Shown here piece by piece: positions 1 to 9,200 of a stretch of DNA of 19,615 bases (the first letter of the stretch is position 1; every line of letters starts with the position of its first letter). Under the pieces are notes generated by a model. It ran no database searches. It worked only from the letters and a program-made list of their open reading frames with translations, and was not told where the DNA came from. Position numbers and translations under genes: made by a program. This DNA is from Bdellovibrionales bacterium (GTDB taxonomy: Bacteria > Bdellovibrionota > Bdellovibrionia > Bdellovibrionales > DASUEL01), in assembly GCA_050250255.1 (NCBI GenBank), contig JBFWOZ010000048.1:1-19615 (forward strand), given 5' to 3'.

Positions 1-1
1 T

Positions 2-109
2 CACAAGTTTGGGGAGAAACCAAGTCACGTATCGATCCTCGGTGGGGGAATTATTCTCGCCGGAGTGCTCACGCGTTCGCTGATGGGTCGCTCGGCCGTA
101 GCAAAATAG
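2..109 (+). CDS. 3' end (partial) of a DMT/EamA-family transporter
   Basis: Frame from nt 2 reads HKFGEKPSHVSILGGGIILAGVLTRSLMGRSAVAK* (TAG 107-109). FGE-x-P...(I)LGGxIILAGV is the typical last helix of EamA/DMT proteins. Confidence 0.7.
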   Translation, partial: HKFGEKPSHVSILGGGIILAGVLTRSLMGRSAVAK

Positions 110-162
110 ACTATTCTTATCAACTTTCTCCACTACTAATTGTTATGGAACTTGAAACTTAC

Positions 163-188
163 CTCTACATCTTCATTGAAGGTGAGAG
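163..188 (+). terminator. Hairpin downstream of the DMT gene, possible intrinsic terminator
   Basis: ctct-a-catcttc-att-gaaggtg-agag folds with one G-U pair and one bulge, and is followed by atgttttgtt. Confidence 0.3.
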
Positions 189-223
189 ATGTTTTGTTGA
201 GAGAATCGTAAATTTAGAGATTG

Positions 224-302
224 AAAACCCGCTCCCTCGTACGGCCGTCCTTGGCTCGAGAATGAAGCTCACCATCCTTAGTAGAGCTTGGGAGCGGGCT
301 TT
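224..302 (-). ncRNA. Putative structured small RNA: three-way junction with two AAGGAY hexaloop hairpins (CsrA/RsmA-binding-like)
   Basis: Minus strand reads AAAGCCCGCUCCC-AAGCUCUACU[AAGGAU]GGUGAGCUU-CAUUCUCGA-GCC[AAGGAC]GGC-CGUACGA-GGGAGCGGGUUUU. The closing stem is 13 bp (perfect 9-bp core, 228-236/290-298). Two mismatches on the + strand become G-U pairs on the minus strand. Confidence 0.5.
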
Positions 303-437
303 GAATTAAGCGTATAAAATTCTTATCATTCCCACAACCAGAATTCTTAGTTCTCTTTCAAAAACTGTTAAATCTTACGTTCTTCGACTTTTCGGTGCTT
401 CATTACAACATTATTTAACAAACCAGATAATTTAGTT

Positions 438-467
438 TTGACATTTGTACCTTCGTTCACATATAAA
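438..467 (+). promoter_or_regulatory. Sigma70-type promoter for the transposase
   Basis: TTGACA (438-443), 18-nt spacer, TATAAA (462-467), then 7 nt to ATG 475. Confidence 0.5.
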
Positions 468-474
468 GTTGCCA

Positions 475-1071
475 ATGAATTTGAAGACCCTAAAGAGAAA
501 ATCTCAAGTTCGGCCACGAGAACCAAAGCAGATTGAAATGCTCGGCCGTCAAAATTTGGCCTATGGCGGAGAACTTCTCAAAACCCGTCAAGGTCGCAGT
601 CGTGGTAGGCCCCTTGATACCAAAAATTCTATGCATATGGTGTTGCGGTCCTCAAAAGCGGTTGGAACCTGGTCTTTCAAGGAGCCAAAGAACGACAAAA
701 AAATTCGGGAGATTGTGATCAAGTTCACTCAGAAGTATGGAGTGAAGCTGATTTCTCTTGGGAATGTAGGAAACCATCTGCATTTCCACATCAAGCTTGG
801 TAAACGTCACACGTATAAGCCTTTTATTCGTGCACTGACGGCCGCGATTGCTATGGCGGTAACAGGTGCGAGCCGCTGGAATCCCTTAAAGAAAGAAGCG
901 AAAGACAAGTTCTGGGACTATCGACCTTTCACAAGAGTGGTTCAATCCTGGAGAGCGTTTTTAACTTTAAAGGATTACATCAAGATCAATCAGTACGAGG
1001 GCGGCGGATTGAAGCGCGAGCATGCAAGGATGATCGTGGTGAATCGATCGCCGAGACTCAGCAGTGCTTGA
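475..1071 (+). mobile_element. HUH/Y1 tyrosine transposase (IS200/IS605 TnpA or REP-associated RAYT-like), stand-alone with no TnpB
   Basis: N-terminal H-x-V-x-R strand (MHMVLRS), HUH motif (GNHLHFHI), FW-x-x-RPFTRVV, and catalytic Tyr helix (LKDYIKIN). The track starts at TTG 445, but ATG 475 fits the promoter better. Confidence 0.8.
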
Positions 1072-1160
1072 GGTTCGATACATACCACACGACCCTAAAT
1101 TTCAATATTTTCTGGCATACGTTGCATGCATTCCTATAAATATGATGAGTGATGCTTGAA

Positions 1161-1187
1161 GGGTTCTATAGAATCTCTACTGAGCCC
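1161..1187 (+). repeat. Imperfect hairpin downstream of the transposase
   Basis: gggttc...gagccc outer stem (one G-U) enclosing taga-atc-tcta. Confidence 0.35.
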
Positions 1188-1231
1188 ATATTTGTCATAC
1201 CGATCAAAAGATATATGTTGGAGAGTTTTAG

Positions 1232-3088
1232 ATGGTTGCAAATAAATCGTCCTGGCTCAGTAGTATTATATTAATTCTTACTTTCGTAAGTGATGTGGTT
1301 CATGCAAATGTGAATGGGTCAGACTATTTGAATCAATCGTTAAATTTTATTAAGAATGCTCCTGTCTTTGAAATTGTTCGATGGCCTATAGTGGATGCCA
1401 ACGATTTGAGAGGAGATGTTCAATCAGTTTCAAATGCCATATGGAATCCAAAACCCATGAATTTCAATTTTTTTCGTGGTCTAAAGCCTGACGAACTCGC
1501 CCTGTTGCCTTTTAAAAAGAGGCTAGCACTTATCCAGGCACTATTGGTCGTTGATTATCTGCCGGGTTCAAAAATAAAATCTGTTATCCTCCATGCTCGC
1601 TTTCCACCTGCGAACGTTTTTTCTGCAGACGAGCTGACGAAGGCTTTATTGGCAATGCCTATGAAACCGAATGGGGTACATTATGACAGCGTTGAGGAAA
1701 AACATATTTATGAAAACAAAGAGTTGCTAAAAAATGTTTTGATTATCGTATCAAGTATCTCGAATACACCGTCCTTTTTATCAGTTTGGGACCAGTTGCC
1801 TCAAGAAGCAAAAAACAAATTTCGCATTAACACCAATACCGTTGAAGCGTCTTCACGAGTTGAACCCTTTGATTTAATCATGAATATGTTTTCTAGAGCT
1901 TACTACGTCCATAGTCAGCTTGCCTATGTAGGGAGGTCACATGAGTTAGTGGGACCAAATCATCGTGGTATTGCCTCTGGAGCTTATCGTGGTTTAATGA
2001 ATCTCTTCGGTGGATCTTTGGTAGATGATTTTAAGAGCGTGCATCAGGTTCCTTTATTTGTCTTCCCAAGAAACTCGAGTGGCGATTTTGTAGTGCACTG
2101 CTTTGGAGAAAAGAAAAACTTTTCCCAAGCGAGTGAAGTAAGTTTTTCTGCACTTAGGCATCAACGAGCAAGGCACATAACATGTAATGAGAAAGAGTAT
2201 GAGGTTTTAGGCGCGCTTAAAACACAACGCGAAATTCTTGCAGTCGATGAGCCCTACCTTAAGAATGAAATAACTTTAAATACTATTATATACACAGGTA
2301 TGATTTCGGGAATAAGCGATCTTCAGTTAAGAGCCGTTGATCTTTCATTCGCAACAAAATTGTATAAACGTGAAAGTCGTTATCAAGATGTTTCATTTGT
2401 CGAGTTTATGGAGCGAAACTTCGATAAAACTCATATTTTGATCAATGTTGATAATAGTCTGGGGACGGATTTATTTCTGCCACGGTATATTCGAGGAACT
2501 GTTATCGCCTACGTGAAATACGATTTCACTTACTCTTTGAAAGTTAAAACTTCAAGGATCTACGTATTTATTCCGCAACATAGCCGCAATGATGAGGCAA
2601 GAAGAATCAGTTGGGGTGATATTATTGCAAAACGTGTGGCGAGCGGCTCCCCTCGTCTTATTATACAAAATATTGCTTGTAGTAGCGGAACTGCTCCTAT
2701 TGTTTACTCTAAACTTTTTGATATGGCCATGCGTAGTCGTTTTTCTGAAGAGACGATCAAACAACATATGCCTTATATCTTAGGCGCTGATCGCCGTTTT
2801 TCAACGCAAACTGGCGGACTTCAACACCTCAGATTTCCTTTTCAACTGATTGATACGATTTTTTCCGGACGTGGTCTTGTCCAAGCAGTGAAGTATTTAG
2901 ATTCTTATTCAATGGATGTGTTCGGACTCAATCCGTTTGGTTCATTGTTTAACACCTGGAGTTTTTGGCCGGTGACTAACTTTAGAACGCAAGATCGGAA
3001 ATGGCTAGAGCAATACGGCTATTTTTCTATGGAGACACCAAGTATAATAATTAAAGCGGTGGATGGTAGCGGAGAATATATTTATTAG
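1232..3088 (+). CDS. Secreted hypothetical protein, 618 aa
   Basis: Long ORF with SD-like ggagag upstream and a Sec signal peptide (MVANKSSWLSSIILILTFVSDVVHA|NV). No family confidently recognised. Looks more AT-rich than neighbours in sampled lines. Confidence 0.8.
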   Translation: MVANKSSWLSSIILILTFVSDVVHANVNGSDYLNQSLNFIKNAPVFEIVRWPIVDANDLRGDVQSVSNAIWNPKPMNFNFFRGLKPDELALLPFKKRLALIQALLVVDYLPGSKIKSVILHARFPPANVFSADELTKALLAMPMKPNGVHYDSVEEKHIYENKELLKNVLIIVSSISNTPSFLSVWDQLPQEAKNKFRINTNTVEASSRVEPFDLIMNMFSRAYYVHSQLAYVGRSHELVGPNHRGIASGAYRGLMNLFGGSLVDDFKSVHQVPLFVFPRNSSGDFVVHCFGEKKNFSQASEVSFSALRHQRARHITCNEKEYEVLGALKTQREILAVDEPYLKNEITLNTIIYTGMISGISDLQLRAVDLSFATKLYKRESRYQDVSFVEFMERNFDKTHILINVDNSLGTDLFLPRYIRGTVIAYVKYDFTYSLKVKTSRIYVFIPQHSRNDEARRISWGDIIAKRVASGSPRLIIQNIACSSGTAPIVYSKLFDMAMRSRFSEETIKQHMPYILGADRRFSTQTGGLQHLRFPFQLIDTIFSGRGLVQAVKYLDSYSMDVFGLNPFGSLFNTWSFWPVTNFRTQDRKWLEQYGYFSMETPSIIIKAVDGSGEYIY

Positions 3089-3097
3089 GCGGCTTGC

Positions 3098-4900
3098 TTA
3101 GAACTTCTCAAGTACCGGAAGCCCTGAGAGCTCCATGATTTTCAATGCATTCGTCGTCGGACACGGCCCGGGCAAGATTTTGTAGCTGAAGCTCATTTGG
3201 TTGTCGCGAATGTCGTCGCGGAAATGCCAATTCTCAATTTGCTTATAGTTTTCGGCGATGTGGGTGAGTTCTAAATCGTGAGTCGTGATGAATCCAAAGC
3301 TTGGAGTCTTGATCAGTTCGCGAGCCAAGGCTTGGCTTCCGATCAATCGTTCACGGTTGTTCGTTCCCTTAAAAACTTCATCAACAAAATACAAGAGAGG
3401 GCGACCGCTTTGTGCTTCTTTTAAGATTCCTGCCAATCGTTGAGTCTCGGCATAAAAATATGAAGCGCCTTCACGCAAAGAATCAGAGACGCGAATGCAA
3501 CTTCGTATGGGAACAAGTTTGGTTTCCATCGCGGAGGCAAAAACCGGGGCGCCCATATGTGCCAGCGTTTGGTTAATTCCTAGAGTTCGCAAGAATGTCG
3601 ATTTCCCGGCCATGTTGGAACCCGTAATTAAAACCAAGCGAGTCGAGGCCTTAAAAAGGAAATCATTATTCACCCGTGCAGACTTTGCTAAGAGCGGATG
3701 TTCCATCTGTTTCACTTGAATCTGACATTCATCATGGAAGTCAGGATAAGTTTGCGTTTGATACTTATGTAAGAAGAGAAGACTTGTGAGGGCTTCCAGT
3801 TTGTAGACCTCTTGAAGGCAATCTCCAAGGTGTGTGTGTAAAAGAGCTCGATCTTTCTCTGCTCGGCGGACAAAGTAAATGCTCCAAGGACAAAGCGCAT
3901 GAACTAGAAATAAAACCAGAGGATGAGTTTGTAAGCTTAAGAAAGAAAAACTTTGTTCAAGCCTCATCAACTGTCGGGCAGGGCGTGCATGAAAAATAGT
4001 TTTTAATAATGTTTGAAAAGCTTTTGTGGAGTGACGTTTTTCTAAATGCTGAAAAAGTGGTGAAATGGCTTCAAGGCTTAACATGATATCTTGGAGTTTT
4101 TGAAAAACATGGGAAATCTGTTTAAGTCCGTAGAGGTTATAGATGAAAAATAAAAGCCATAACCATGATGTGAGGGAGGCCTCTTGAGAAAAAGGGTTGA
4201 GATTCACCTTCATATATAATTCGAAAAATGTGCATAGCAAAAAACCAAAAAAGAGGCTCAGGATTGCGTAGTAGTGCTTTTTTAAAGAGGTGGGGAAAAG
4301 AGTGTCTTTTAAGAAAAATTCGAGGGAGTCCTTGTTCTTTAATTTTTCATGGGCCTCGGCGCCCAGCAGGGACCACTTTCGAAAGAAGCCTGCGTGTTTT
4401 ACAAGGCTTTGAACGGTTTTTTGTCTTGTGATGGTTTCTTGAATTTCAAGTTTGGGTTCGAGCATCCACTCGAGGAGAATTTTTTGCCCTTGAGCCGAAA
4501 ACGTTTCATCGAGTAAAGAAAGCAAAGAGTGTCTCCCCACAAGATCCAGATCGTTAATGACGGATTGATGTTGAAGTACGAGGTCATGATTGACCTGAGC
4601 TAAATCCGTCGTGACAGAACGACCATGAAAGCGATGATCTTGTCTTTCGATGAAGCGTTTTAGGTGAGTGAGGCGCGTATGAAAGAGGCGTGTCTTCACC
4701 GTGATTTTAACGAAATAAAGAAACATTCCAATAAGAAGAGCAATGAGGCCAAGACTTATTTCAGTCCAAAGATCAATGGCCACAAAAAAGAAGAGAACCA
4801 AAATAGCGCCGACAAGAATGAGGCGAAAATTGAAGAGCTGCTCAAGTTTCAGAGCTGTAAGAGAGAGATGACGAGTAATAGCCGGTGAAAGAGTCTGCAT
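3098..4900 (-). CDS. MutS-family domain-V ATPase with N-terminal transmembrane helices (MutS-related, not mismatch-repair MutS1)
   Basis: Walker A ITGSNMAGKSTFLR, DSL..GASYFYAE signature, Walker B LYFVDEVFKGTN, and TTHDLEL. Several N-terminal hydrophobic helices; no mismatch-binding domain I. Confidence 0.9.
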   Translation of the reverse strand: MQTLSPAITRHLSLTALKLEQLFNFRLILVGAILVLFFFVAIDLWTEISLGLIALLIGMFLYFVKITVKTRLFHTRLTHLKRFIERQDHRFHGRSVTTDLAQVNHDLVLQHQSVINDLDLVGRHSLLSLLDETFSAQGQKILLEWMLEPKLEIQETITRQKTVQSLVKHAGFFRKWSLLGAEAHEKLKNKDSLEFFLKDTLFPTSLKKHYYAILSLFFGFLLCTFFELYMKVNLNPFSQEASLTSWLWLLFFIYNLYGLKQISHVFQKLQDIMLSLEAISPLFQHLEKRHSTKAFQTLLKTIFHARPARQLMRLEQSFSFLSLQTHPLVLFLVHALCPWSIYFVRRAEKDRALLHTHLGDCLQEVYKLEALTSLLFLHKYQTQTYPDFHDECQIQVKQMEHPLLAKSARVNNDFLFKASTRLVLITGSNMAGKSTFLRTLGINQTLAHMGAPVFASAMETKLVPIRSCIRVSDSLREGASYFYAETQRLAGILKEAQSGRPLLYFVDEVFKGTNNRERLIGSQALARELIKTPSFGFITTHDLELTHIAENYKQIENWHFRDDIRDNQMSFSYKILPGPCPTTNALKIMELSGLPVLEKF

Positions 4901-4912
4901 GTGCGAATCTTA

Positions 4913-6130
4913 TCAACGTGATTGCCATTTGTCATAGCGAGATATGAGTAAAATGCCAGGAATGGCTAGCAGCGCACAAAAGGCAAAAAAGCCATTCCAA
5001 CCCATAAAATCCACTAAAAGACCTGAGGTGCCACCGATCACTCGCATAGGTACGGCAGCAAGGCTTGTGAGAAGAGCAAATTGAGTCGCGGTGAATTTTT
5101 TATTGGTCAAACCGGCCATAAAAGCCATAAATGCAGCGGAACCCATTCCGCCTGTGAAGGTTTCAATAAAAATAATGCTTCCAAGAGCCCATAGCTGAGG
5201 CCCAATGATATTCAATGCAACGAATCCTGAGGTAGATGCAGCCTGGAGGATGCCAAATATCCAGAGAGAGCGTTTTAGTCCCATTTTTAGTATAAGTGTT
5301 CCGCCGACTAGCCCCCCAGCGATGTTGGCCCAAATACCAACAGGACCTGCGACCCATCCAATTTGCTCATTGCTAAAACCGACGGCTGAGTAAAAAGGCT
5401 TTAACATTTCACTCGCAATTTGATCACCAATTTTGAACAGCAATACAAATAACAAAATGAGCCAAGCATCGTTACGCTTGAGATAATCAGCAAAAGGTAA
5501 AACTACACTTTCGTATAAATTGCGTGGTGGAGTTTCAGCAGTTTTAGGTTCTGGAGAGAAGAGAGTTGTGAGAATTCCTACAAGCATAAAAGCTGCCATA
5601 ATCATATAAGTCGTATGCCATGAGACATAGCTTGAGAGGATGGGAGCAAGAGACGTGGCAATAAGCATTCCAAAACGATAGCCAGTGGCATAAATGGAGG
5701 AACCAAGACCAAGCTCTTCATCAGGTAATATTTCTCGTCGATAAGTATCGACAAGGATGTCTTGGCTGGCTGCAAAAAAAGCAGTAACAACTGCTGCGAT
5801 AGCAACGAGCTCCAGATTTACTCTGGGCTCTGTCTGAGCCATAAAAAGAATGGCGCCCATAAGACAAAGTTGAATAGAAAAAAGCCATCCACGTCTTCGA
5901 CCCAAGAAAGGCAATGTGTATCTGTCAAAGAGAGGGGCCCATAAAAATTTTAAAGCGTAGGGCATGCCTACCCAACCAAAAAAACCAATCGTCTTTATAT
6001 CGATTTCGTCATTTTTGAGCCATAGTTTCAGCGTGCTTCCAATCAAAAGAAGAGGAAGTCCTGAGGAAAAACCAGAGAGGAGAATAACAAGCATGCGACC
6101 ACTTCTAAAAGCTTCCATCAGTGCGGCCAA
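4913..6130 (-). CDS. ampG: AmpG-family muropeptide MFS permease
   Basis: Motifs GFSSGLPLLL, PYALKFLWAPLFDRY...LGRRRGW, ASQDILVDTYRRE and FTATQFALLTSL. TTG start preceded by GGAG SD. Confidence 0.92.
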   Translation of the reverse strand: MAALMEAFRSGRMLVILLSGFSSGLPLLLIGSTLKLWLKNDEIDIKTIGFFGWVGMPYALKFLWAPLFDRYTLPFLGRRRGWLFSIQLCLMGAILFMAQTEPRVNLELVAIAAVVTAFFAASQDILVDTYRREILPDEELGLGSSIYATGYRFGMLIATSLAPILSSYVSWHTTYMIMAAFMLVGILTTLFSPEPKTAETPPRNLYESVVLPFADYLKRNDAWLILLFVLLFKIGDQIASEMLKPFYSAVGFSNEQIGWVAGPVGIWANIAGGLVGGTLILKMGLKRSLWIFGILQAASTSGFVALNIIGPQLWALGSIIFIETFTGGMGSAAFMAFMAGLTNKKFTATQFALLTSLAAVPMRVIGGTSGLLVDFMGWNGFFAFCALLAIPGILLISRYDKWQSR

Positions 6131-6222
6131 AGTATTCTCCAGTGTATGTGGTTGTTACTATTTTATGAGATGACAAATCAGCGGGGAGAGCAAGGGAAAA
6201 TTTTCAGTAAAACCCTTGGAAT

Positions 6223-6251
6223 TTGACTATTTGCGTCTCTTCGCTAAAGAT
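6223..6251 (+). promoter_or_regulatory. Possible sigma70 promoter for the large membrane protein
   Basis: TTGACT (6223-6228) followed 16-17 nt later by TAAAGA/AAAGAT. Confidence 0.3.
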
Positions 6252-6270
6252 CTCAAATCACAATTTATTG

Positions 6271-9200
6271 ATGGGATTTGTAGTGTCAAAAGCGGTTCGT
6301 CTCATTTTAATTTTTGCATTAGCTTGGCCCCCCACATTTTCTTACGCTCAAGAACAAGAACCTACTCCCAATAATTTCCGTATTTTTGATTTGCAGACCC
6401 CCGTTGAAGCTCCGGAAAGCGAAAGCAAATCAGAAATTGCTGAGCAGCTTTTCAAGATTATCAAAACCGGTCGTGGCAGCCACTCCCTCGATACCTTTCA
6501 GCTTTTAAATCAATATGCTATCGGTCGCTCCCAAGCGGTGGACCCTGAAGCTTTAAGCGTTGAGGTTGTCGATCTTGCAGGAAATGTTGTTGAAACACTG
6601 AGCGCCCGCTCGCAAAAGTTTTTTAACAGCACGAGCAAAGAATTTGAATTCCGCATTACCTATCAAGGTAATCTTCTTCACATTTTTCATGTTCCCGTTC
6701 AATCCATTGGGTTTTATGGAAATAAGCTCGTGTTCGTAAAGCAGAACGAAACTCAAAATATTTCGTTCATCGATCTTGAGTTTTTCAAGGGTGCATTAGG
6801 CAAAAGCGAATTGGCCATTTTTAATGTACCAACGTTTGGTGAGAACATCAGTGAGCTGAACCTTTTTGAGAAGCAGCTATCCCTCCCGGAAAAGAAACTC
6901 GATCAAAAAGTATTTGAGCTGTTCTCTCAAGTACAGCAAGTGGCTTTTAACATGACCGTGTTGATGGCAGATCCCAAGCAGGCTCAAGCGGCTGTACCTT
7001 TGCAAGAGCATTTCCAAGCATACTTTGAAAAGACTGTGGAACTTCATGGAGAGTCGGTGGTTGATCAGGTGGCTAGCTCCGAAGAGTACAAAGCCAAGCT
7101 TCAGGAGTGGACTCAGGCGCAGTCAAAGCAGTTTGGTGCGCTGACTCCCCAAACCGTTTTAGCCTTTATCGAAGAGTATGAATTTAAAAATCCTAGGCTT
7201 CGAGAGCTGGCACAAAAATATGCCGATGGCGCTTTGGATTTAAAAAGTTTTGTCTCGCAGGCGAGCGTTTTGGACGCTCGTTTTGTCGAAGCTCTCGCCA
7301 TTTACTCGCTCCAATCACGTGTGAGTGAGGCCGCACAAAAAACGGCTCAACAGATCAAGCTTCAAAAGAAACTTCTGAACCGAGTTCAATTGATTTTAGC
7401 CTTAGGGCTTCTTCCACGACCCACCGGCGCGACTTCCATTAAGCAAGCACTCGCTGCGATAGCAGCAGGGTTTTCTACGAACGGTATTGTTTTGAGTGAC
7501 GAAAGTGTTAAAGAGAACGTACTTCAAATTTTAAACCATAAAGGCATTCGTTTAGGTGCTGGCATCGCCGTTGGCTTAGGACTAGGTTTTGCTTTTCCCG
7601 AGCAATCATCTCAATTTTTCTATGGAAGTCTTGACCTCACCCGAACGGTTTTTGAAGGACTTTGGGGAAAAGCAAAAGACATAAGTTTTTTAGGGATGGA
7701 AGCTTTTAAAACTACAATGGATGGGCTTAACCTCCAAAGATCTTTCGATGTTTACACGCATCCAGATACGTTCTCTAAGTTTCAAGTAGGGCTAGTGGCT
7801 ATCGTGGGTATTCTATACGCCGCACTAGGAATTCCTCATCTCATGGTGAACGGAACCCAAGCCGTACGAGATATTTCTAAAACTTACCCTCAGTTTCGAG
7901 AGCGTGAGGGAAGTGTGCGCAGAGCGGTTCTTGCAGCATTTATCGACCGTCAAAATCAGTTAGAACAAAAGTTTCAACAAGAAATTTCAGAACGTGAATT
8001 AAAAGAGTCAGGTCGATTAGGATATAAATTTAGTGCACAAGATGAAACAGAAGTTATTGCAAAAATAAAAGAATTAGAGACTCAAGAACAACCGGGGGTT
8101 TTGAGTCGGTGGGTAGAAAACGTAAAAGCTTCCTCTTTCTATCAGAAGTGGACTCGGCAAAGTGATGAGAAAATAGAAAGCTTTGGACAAGCCATGAGGC
8201 ATTTCCTCTTTAGTTTTTGCTCTCTCTCTAGTTCTGTAAGGCAGTTTACAAGATTCTGGCAAGGTTGGTTTGCGATTCGTTCGTTTGTCTGGTTCCCTGC
8301 AACGTCTGCGGTGGCGTTAACGTATCCTAATTTTTATAAAGTAGCTTCTGAACAGCGATTACCTACAAAACTTAATGGTGGCCTCACAACGCGTTCGGAA
8401 AAGATGAATGAAATCGAATATCAAAAACATTTTCGCATGTTTAGTGATCGTGATTATTTAAATGAGTTTAAAGAATGGGAAGAACGTATCCTTGAAGTGG
8501 AAGCTAAATTTCACGAGCACGCTATAAAAAAAGCTTTTATGGCGACTATCAAAACAACACCTTCCGTTAATGAGCTACAAAAGTTTATTCAAAATGGAGC
8601 TCCACAAGGTTTAACCGACGATTCCATTGACCGATTAAGTTTAAAGCAAAAAATGTTTTTCAGAACTTACTATCAAAACTATGTGGAGGAAGCGATCCGA
8701 CTTTTTTTAGTGGATGTTGCTTCAAGGGCAGAGTTCCCGCAATTGAATGCAGAGACGACTACTGCGGAAGAACTCAAGCGCGTAACACTTCAAAGACCTG
8801 AGCTTATTTCTTTAGATCCTGCAAGCTCTGAAAAATATCTTACGCAAGTTCAAGACACAAAGGTATTCGCGCAGACTCAACAGCAAATTCGTGAAACGAA
8901 CTTGGCACAAACGGCCTCTCGAGTGATTATCGATCGAGCGAGGACAAAACTTGATCCTAAAAAAAATGAAGTAGTGGCTCGTATGAAAGTGGTAGAGCGA
9001 CAATCCCAAAACCCGGCAGCGATTCTGCGTGCAACGAGGGCTATGATTACAAGTAACATCATCGACAAACCGATGGAGTTATTCTTTAACTTTGTCTGCT
9101 TATCAGCCATTGCCTCAGGAGTGATGCAACCAGTTCAGCCGGAAATGTTTAGTGAAAATTCCTGGTTTCATCTTTCGCGTATGGTGTTTTTTAACGGCTA

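Noticed and set aside
145..309. 54-aa + strand ORF (MELETYLYIFIEGERC...RALN)
   Set aside because: No SD and no recognisable motif. It spans the hairpin elements, which explain the sequence better.
445..474. TTG start of the transposase given in the ORF track
   Set aside because: It lies inside the predicted promoter spacer; ATG 475 is more plausible.
3098..4900. Calling this gene canonical mutS
   Set aside because: It lacks mismatch-binding and connector domains and has TM helices, so no gene symbol is assigned.
6191..6218. caaggg...cccttg inverted repeat between ampG and the large gene, considered as a REP copy
   Set aside because: Only a 6-bp stem, with no similarity to the hairpins flanking the transposase.
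6223..6270. N-terminal extension of the 1225-aa ORF
   Set aside because: The TTG coincides with a -35-like box, and the signal peptide begins after ATG 6271/GTG 6283.
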